Below the pieces are notes generated by a model. The model worked only from the letters and a program-made list of their open reading frames with translations, ran no database searches and had not been told where the DNA came from. This document shows positions 59,101 through 64,000 of a DNA stretch of 64,000 nt, one piece after another; position 1 is the stretch's first letter; each line of letters opens with the position of its first letter. The stretch lies in assembly GCA_964016885.1 (NCBI GenBank), contig OZ024741.1:70370001-70434000 (forward strand), in the 5' to 3' direction. This DNA comes from Eledone cirrhosa (lineage: Eukaryota). The translations under genes were made by a program, and so were the position numbers.

Positions 59101-59391
59101 AACTCTATGCGTCAAAGCATGGCGTCCGACCCTCTACCGATACTGCCAATCCACCATAATAATAATATAATTTTCTATTTCAGAGCTCCTACAGTTTGGA
59201 CGAGAGGCTGCTTGCAACTGTATGGACACATGCTCGTGTGCATTCTGGCAAGAGCAAGGAGGATGTGCGACATGACTTCACTGCAAGATTCGGCAAACCA
59301 GCTCCTCCGAAGAGGTCGATACTTCGATGGGAACATAAACTGTTTCACATTACTTTTTGGTAGGGGGTGACAAGACTTTCGCATCACTCTG
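55876..59391 (+). mobile_element. Tc1/mariner-superfamily element split by retrotransposon insertions
   Basis: TA|CAGGGTGGTCCGAAAGTCTTGTCACCCC and its inverse at 59364-59391|TA (25/28); residual HTH-like N-terminus YSLDERLLATVWTH...VRHDFTARFGKPAPPKRSILRWEHKLF at ~59184-59345. Confidence 0.8.
56105..58954 (+). mobile_element. R4/Dong-clade non-LTR retrotransposon (RT, CCHC, RLE), 5'-truncated, three in-frame stops
   Basis: ORFs 56418, 56838, 57660 and 58305 share one frame; YRPITCL, EQKGCR..SRGTKDQLLID, WIDYKKAFDMVPH, GIFQGDSLSPLLF, HLLFMDDLKL, CRICGEREETVAHIVSEC, RHD, WDFRIQTD...NRSDL...VDVACPFD; (AAT)n on both sides. Confidence 0.92.
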
Positions 59392-59507
59392 TACACATAT
59401 ATGCGTGATACATTTGATGCTTTAAATTCACTGTTCCGGCGATCTGTTGATATTCATTGAAAGTTAAAGTTTGATTCAAACAGCAAATTGGCCGAATCGT
59501 TAGGACT

Positions 59508-59558
59508 TTGTGATATTCATTCTGGCTATCTCTGAAATAGCCAGAATGAATATCACAA
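59508..59558. repeat. Perfect 22-bp inverted repeat with 7-nt loop inside a SINE
   Basis: ttgtgatattcattctggctat-ctctgaa-atagccagaatgaatatcacaa. Confidence 0.9.
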
Positions 59559-62063
59559 CCCGTCGAGGTTAACTTTGCCTTCGAGTTTGATAAATAAAGT
59601 ATTAGTCTAGTACTGGGGTAAATTCTTCCTCAATATCCCTTCCTCTCGCCCACTTTCTCATTCCCTAGAAGCAATCGAATCTAATCCGACCTGGGGAGAG
59701 ATTAGCTCTGCCGAGTTTAAAATGTTCACGATCAGACTCCTACGATTCTATCAGGAGTTAAGGGATTATAGCATGTCCACTTCTTATTTCTCCCACTCCA
59801 CTTTTATTCTTTTTCTCTATTTGTCATTCATAAGTAAATATTACCGTGTTAAAAATGTTTTATTTGGCATCGTCAATTACTCTCGGCGTGAATTTCACAT
59901 CATAGGTGTTCCTCTTTCTACTCTGCTGCATGATGTTAGACTAGATTTACAGTTTATAAATTGATGAAGAACAGCGATTATATTTTTTATTGACTAAGCC
60001 TGAATGCAAACGTAAAGTGTAAAAACCTAATTACGTTTATCTTTTTACTACATCTCAATTAGCATACTTAATGTTAAATTAACCTATCAGCCAATTACTG
60101 AAAACATTTAGCCTCTCATCTTATTAGTACACTTCGTCAAAAGTGTTTGCATTACTTGATAAAACCAGATGCTGAGAAAAAAGAAATGAGTTAGGCTTGC
60201 TATAATATCAGATAATGAAATATAGTTGACTAAAACCTAAGGAGAAACAGAAAAGAAACCAATTAAAACGTCTATATTTTCTTAGCAATGTCTATCCAAT
60301 TTTTCTTGCAATGAGTCATTGGTTACCGCCTATTTCTAGCTACTGATGAAATTTGAACGTTTAATCCTTTTGTTGTCATATTTCCAATTAAATACACTAC
60401 CTATGATTTCCATAGAATTTTGACAATGATAAAAATATTTCAAGGGATTTAATAATATAACTAACTTTCTTATCATTTATCTGGGGATTGGAGCATAACT
60501 TAACCATTTTTTTCTTTAAATATAAACATTTTAAATCACCGTTCTGTATCGTAGACCCGGAGGCAGTTTCAAGTGGTTCGATATCATAAAGTTTCTAAAA
60601 ATAAATATCAAAACTTTATTTCATATTTTTCGCAAGAAAATAAGAATAAAGCTTATATAAAAAAAATAAAAAAATACAAATCTTTTTTATATCAATTTTC
60701 GTCAAACGGGTGGTGAACTTAGTTTATGAACAAACATGATTTTTTTTTCAAAACCTTTCGCTTTATAAAGGAACTCAATCTAACACGAAATTTCCCGTCC
60801 TTTAAGCTGAAATACAGGGTAAATTATATTTTCGGAAGCATTTGTTATGGTCAAACTGCGACTTTTTGGCTTTCCGAATGGCACGCCTAACGAAACATTA
60901 CTTTGAATAATTATAGTAGTGTGGTACGCCTTATGATGAGCCATATCTCACACGGCCACTGCTCGTAAAAGGTTGTCCTTGCCTGATTTAAACACATATA
61001 GGGAAACAAACATGTAAATAAACAGGAGGTCTCAAGTTCAATCTCATTCTGTGGCGTCATGGCTAACTGTCTTTACCATTGCCTCGAGTTGAGCCAAGCC
61101 TTGAGAATGCAGTGGGATAAATGGAAACAGTATGGAAGCTCGTCAGATGCCACAATATGTTGCACTTCCGTTGCTTCCAACAATGTGTGGTCCCGTTGAT
61201 CGAACAACGGATTAGTCTCCTCATGAGAATAACGTACAAGTGGATTGACATCACACAGACACGTGTTTATATTGTTGAATCTTTTCGTAACCTCCATATT
61301 CTAAAAGATCTTGTTTATGGTTGGCAGATCCTTGACAAAATATTGCACCTCCAGCTTCAAGATATCCTCACTCTCAAACTGTTGGTTTGTACATTGGTAA
61401 AAAATGAGGGTCAATAAAATAAAGTAACAGCTAAGTACGAACATCAATTTAATCAACTAGTGCCTCCTCCTCCTACATTTGTTACCTTGTGTCTACGTTA
61501 CAAATCAATATTATTAGAGGGCGGTGGATTGGCAGTATCGGTAGAGGGTCGGACGCCATGATTAGATGCATAGAGTTACGGCCCTTACCATTCTGAGTCC
61601 AAATCCCGCCGAGATTAACTTTGCCTTTCATCTTTACGGGGGTCGATAAAATAAAGTACCAGTAATGCACTGGGGTAATTACTGGCCTTGTGCCAAAAGT
61701 AGAAACAATTATTAGTTGACGCAGGAGCAGAGTATTAGCAGTATCAGTAGAATGCCAGACAACATGCTTTATGGTATATAATTAGAACCTGAAATGTTCT
61801 GAGTTCAAATTCCACCGAAGTCATCTTTGCCTTTCATCCTACCGGGATCGATGAAATCAAGTATTAGTCAAGTATTAGTGTCGATAAAATCGACTCCCCA
61901 CCCGACACCCACTATCTCCACAAAAATCGCTGACTAAATGCTTAAATTAAAAACTAGGCAAGTTTTCAAAAGTATTTAACCTGAAGAAACTTGAATTCCT
62001 GAAGTACACCTTGAATCTGTAGGTCTGTATTCTTTAAATTTAAACAAATTAGTGAATTTAAAT

Positions 62064-62107
<44 letters not shown>

Positions 62108-62130
62108 GCGCGCGCGCGCACATATATATA

Positions 62131-62209
62131 CAGGGTCCCCACCTTAAATTTATGCACATATTTATTAGAATCCTGTGGAAGTGTGTATACATTTTTTGGA
62201 GGTACCCTG
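62131..62209. mobile_element. 79-bp Tc1-type MITE
   Basis: TA|CAGGGT...ACCCTG|TA with imperfect ~28-bp TIRs. Confidence 0.6.
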
Positions 62210-62588
62210 TACTATATATATATATATATATATATGTATACATATTTATACATATTTATATGTGGGTGTGTGTATGTATATATATATATGTGTGTGAGTC
62301 TGTTTGTCTGAGTGCGGAAAACATCTAAAATGTTTAACGTTTATCTGAAGCAATTGTCAAAACACCAACAACTAGGGATCTTGACAGTCAAACCTAACCG
62401 TTCTGCAACAATGTGCCCATATGAAATGTATAATATATAAACGACCACATTTATACACAAATACTTAAAAATACTTGATACCGTTTAAACCCGAACACAA
62501 TGACAATGATGATGATGATAATGATGATGATGACGATGATGATGATGGTGATGCTGCTGGCGGTTGGTGTTGTAGTGATAATATATGC

Positions 62589-62630
<42 letters not shown>

Positions 62631-63189
62631 GATGGAGGATTTACGTAACGTCGAATGCTTTAATATATTACATTATGGATTACTAACCGGAATGAGCAGA
62701 TCTACCTATTGATAAACTACACAACACACTTATATACATATAATATATGTGTGTGTGTGTGTGTGTGTGTGTACTAGCAGCTGAAGTGTATGATAAAGTT
62801 ATATAAATACACGGTGTGTAACCGAGGTTGCACCAATGTATATACATATCTAATTAGAAAATAGAAATTTCCCTGTAAATTGAAAAAATGATAAACACCC
62901 ACACCCACACCCACGTACACGCGCGCACACACATACACATACATACACATACACACACACACATATATATATATAAATATACATTCTATGTATATATAAA
63001 TTATGCACATATATATATTATTATAAATAAATTCTCAACACAGTTGCTTGCTATCTAAGGTTTCAAAGCCTACTCTAGTCATTGAGACACTATAAATGCT
63101 AGTGTTACTTATCTTTCAGGCAATACTAAGATGGCCGATGATACTTCATATATGATATCTCGTCAAGTGCAATGGGTGTAATAATAACG

Positions 63190-63924
63190 AATTTGTGAAT
63201 GGCACAAATGGCTTAAAGGGAGGCGAGGACGTGGAAGACGGTCCCAGGAGCGGGAGGCCTTCAACGAGCAGGACTGAGGCCAACGTTGAGCGCATGAGGC
63301 AGGTGGTACGTGGCGATCGTCGGCTGACTGACTGGTCAGAAGTGAGCTGAGCATGAACCGCGACAGCGTTTGGAAGATTATCACCAAAGTTTGGGGCATG
63401 CGGAAGAGAGCTGGTTCACAACGAGCATCCGGCAAGTTTCTGGCCGAGAGGAACATCGCTGTACTGAAACAACCTCCTTATTTACTTAATCTTGCTCCGT
63501 GTGAATTTTTTCTGTTCTTTAAGCTCAAGGGGATCATTAAGGGGACCCGTTTTGAAGGCGTGGAGGCCACCAAAAGGGCCATAACGAAGGAGCTGAGCCA
63601 GTGCTGGATTTACCATTGTGTTTAGATGTGCTTAAGCACAGGGCCCCGTTGGTCGGACAGTGGGTGGTGGCATCTTTCAAAATTTTTTACAATTAATTTT
63701 TCGAATGTTTGGAGCCGCATAACTGGGTACAGAGACTCATTTGTCCTAAATCCGACACTGGGCTGAGGGACATCGCAGAAGAATCCCTTTAGCACTGCAT
63801 AAAAGCGTGGCAGAGAAGGATGGAAAAGTGTAGACTTGAAGGGGAAACCATGTAGGTTGTTGTTTGTAATTGAAATTAATTATTTGTGACACTAGTCCCG
63901 TTACTTTTCAGACAGCAGTCCTCT
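63190..63924 (+). mobile_element. Decayed mariner transposon
   Basis: EWHKWLK..EDVEDGPRSGRPSTSRTEANVERMRQVVRGDRRLT, QPPYLLNLAPCEFFLFFKLK (YSPDLAP motif); right TIR-like ttacttttcagacagcagtcctct before a TA run. Confidence 0.85.
63598..63761. mobile_element. hAT-like MITE inserted in the mariner ORF
   Basis: CCAGTGCTGGATTTA...TAAATCCGACACTGG with gctgag duplicated; excision restores KELRDI. Confidence 0.75.
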
Positions 63925-64000
63925 TATATATATATATATATATATAATTATATATATATATATATAATTGTTTTTAAGACAATCACAACATAGATTCATG

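Overview
AT-rich, repeat-saturated eukaryotic DNA. The SINE families resemble those I recall from octopus genomes, so an octopod cephalopod source is an inference. Two host protein-coding genes are supported. (1) A complete 7-exon SPAG7 (R3H-domain) gene on the minus strand, CDS 17327->2540, 711 nt, 236 aa; all introns are GT-AG with compatible phases, and the ORF track misses it. (2) An intronless single-domain cupin CDS (39641..39970, +), probably fed by a divergent non-coding first exon next to the SPAG7 start. The rest is mostly transposon debris: RTE (BovB-like and Expander-like), CRE, Tx1, R4/Dong, Vingi and CR1-like LINE fragments, tRNA-derived SINEs, piggyBac-, mariner/Tc1-, Merlin- and hAT-type non-autonomous elements and Helitrons, often nested. 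An ~8 kb interrupted (TA)n array contains a 200-N gap. The most unusual signals are two hammerhead-ribozyme folds, likely Penelope-associated; one has a non-canonical CAGAAGA core present in three near-identical copies, two of which form a 142-bp palindrome. All element and family assignments come from motif recognition by eye, not database searches. No prokaryote-style system (CRISPR etc.) is present.
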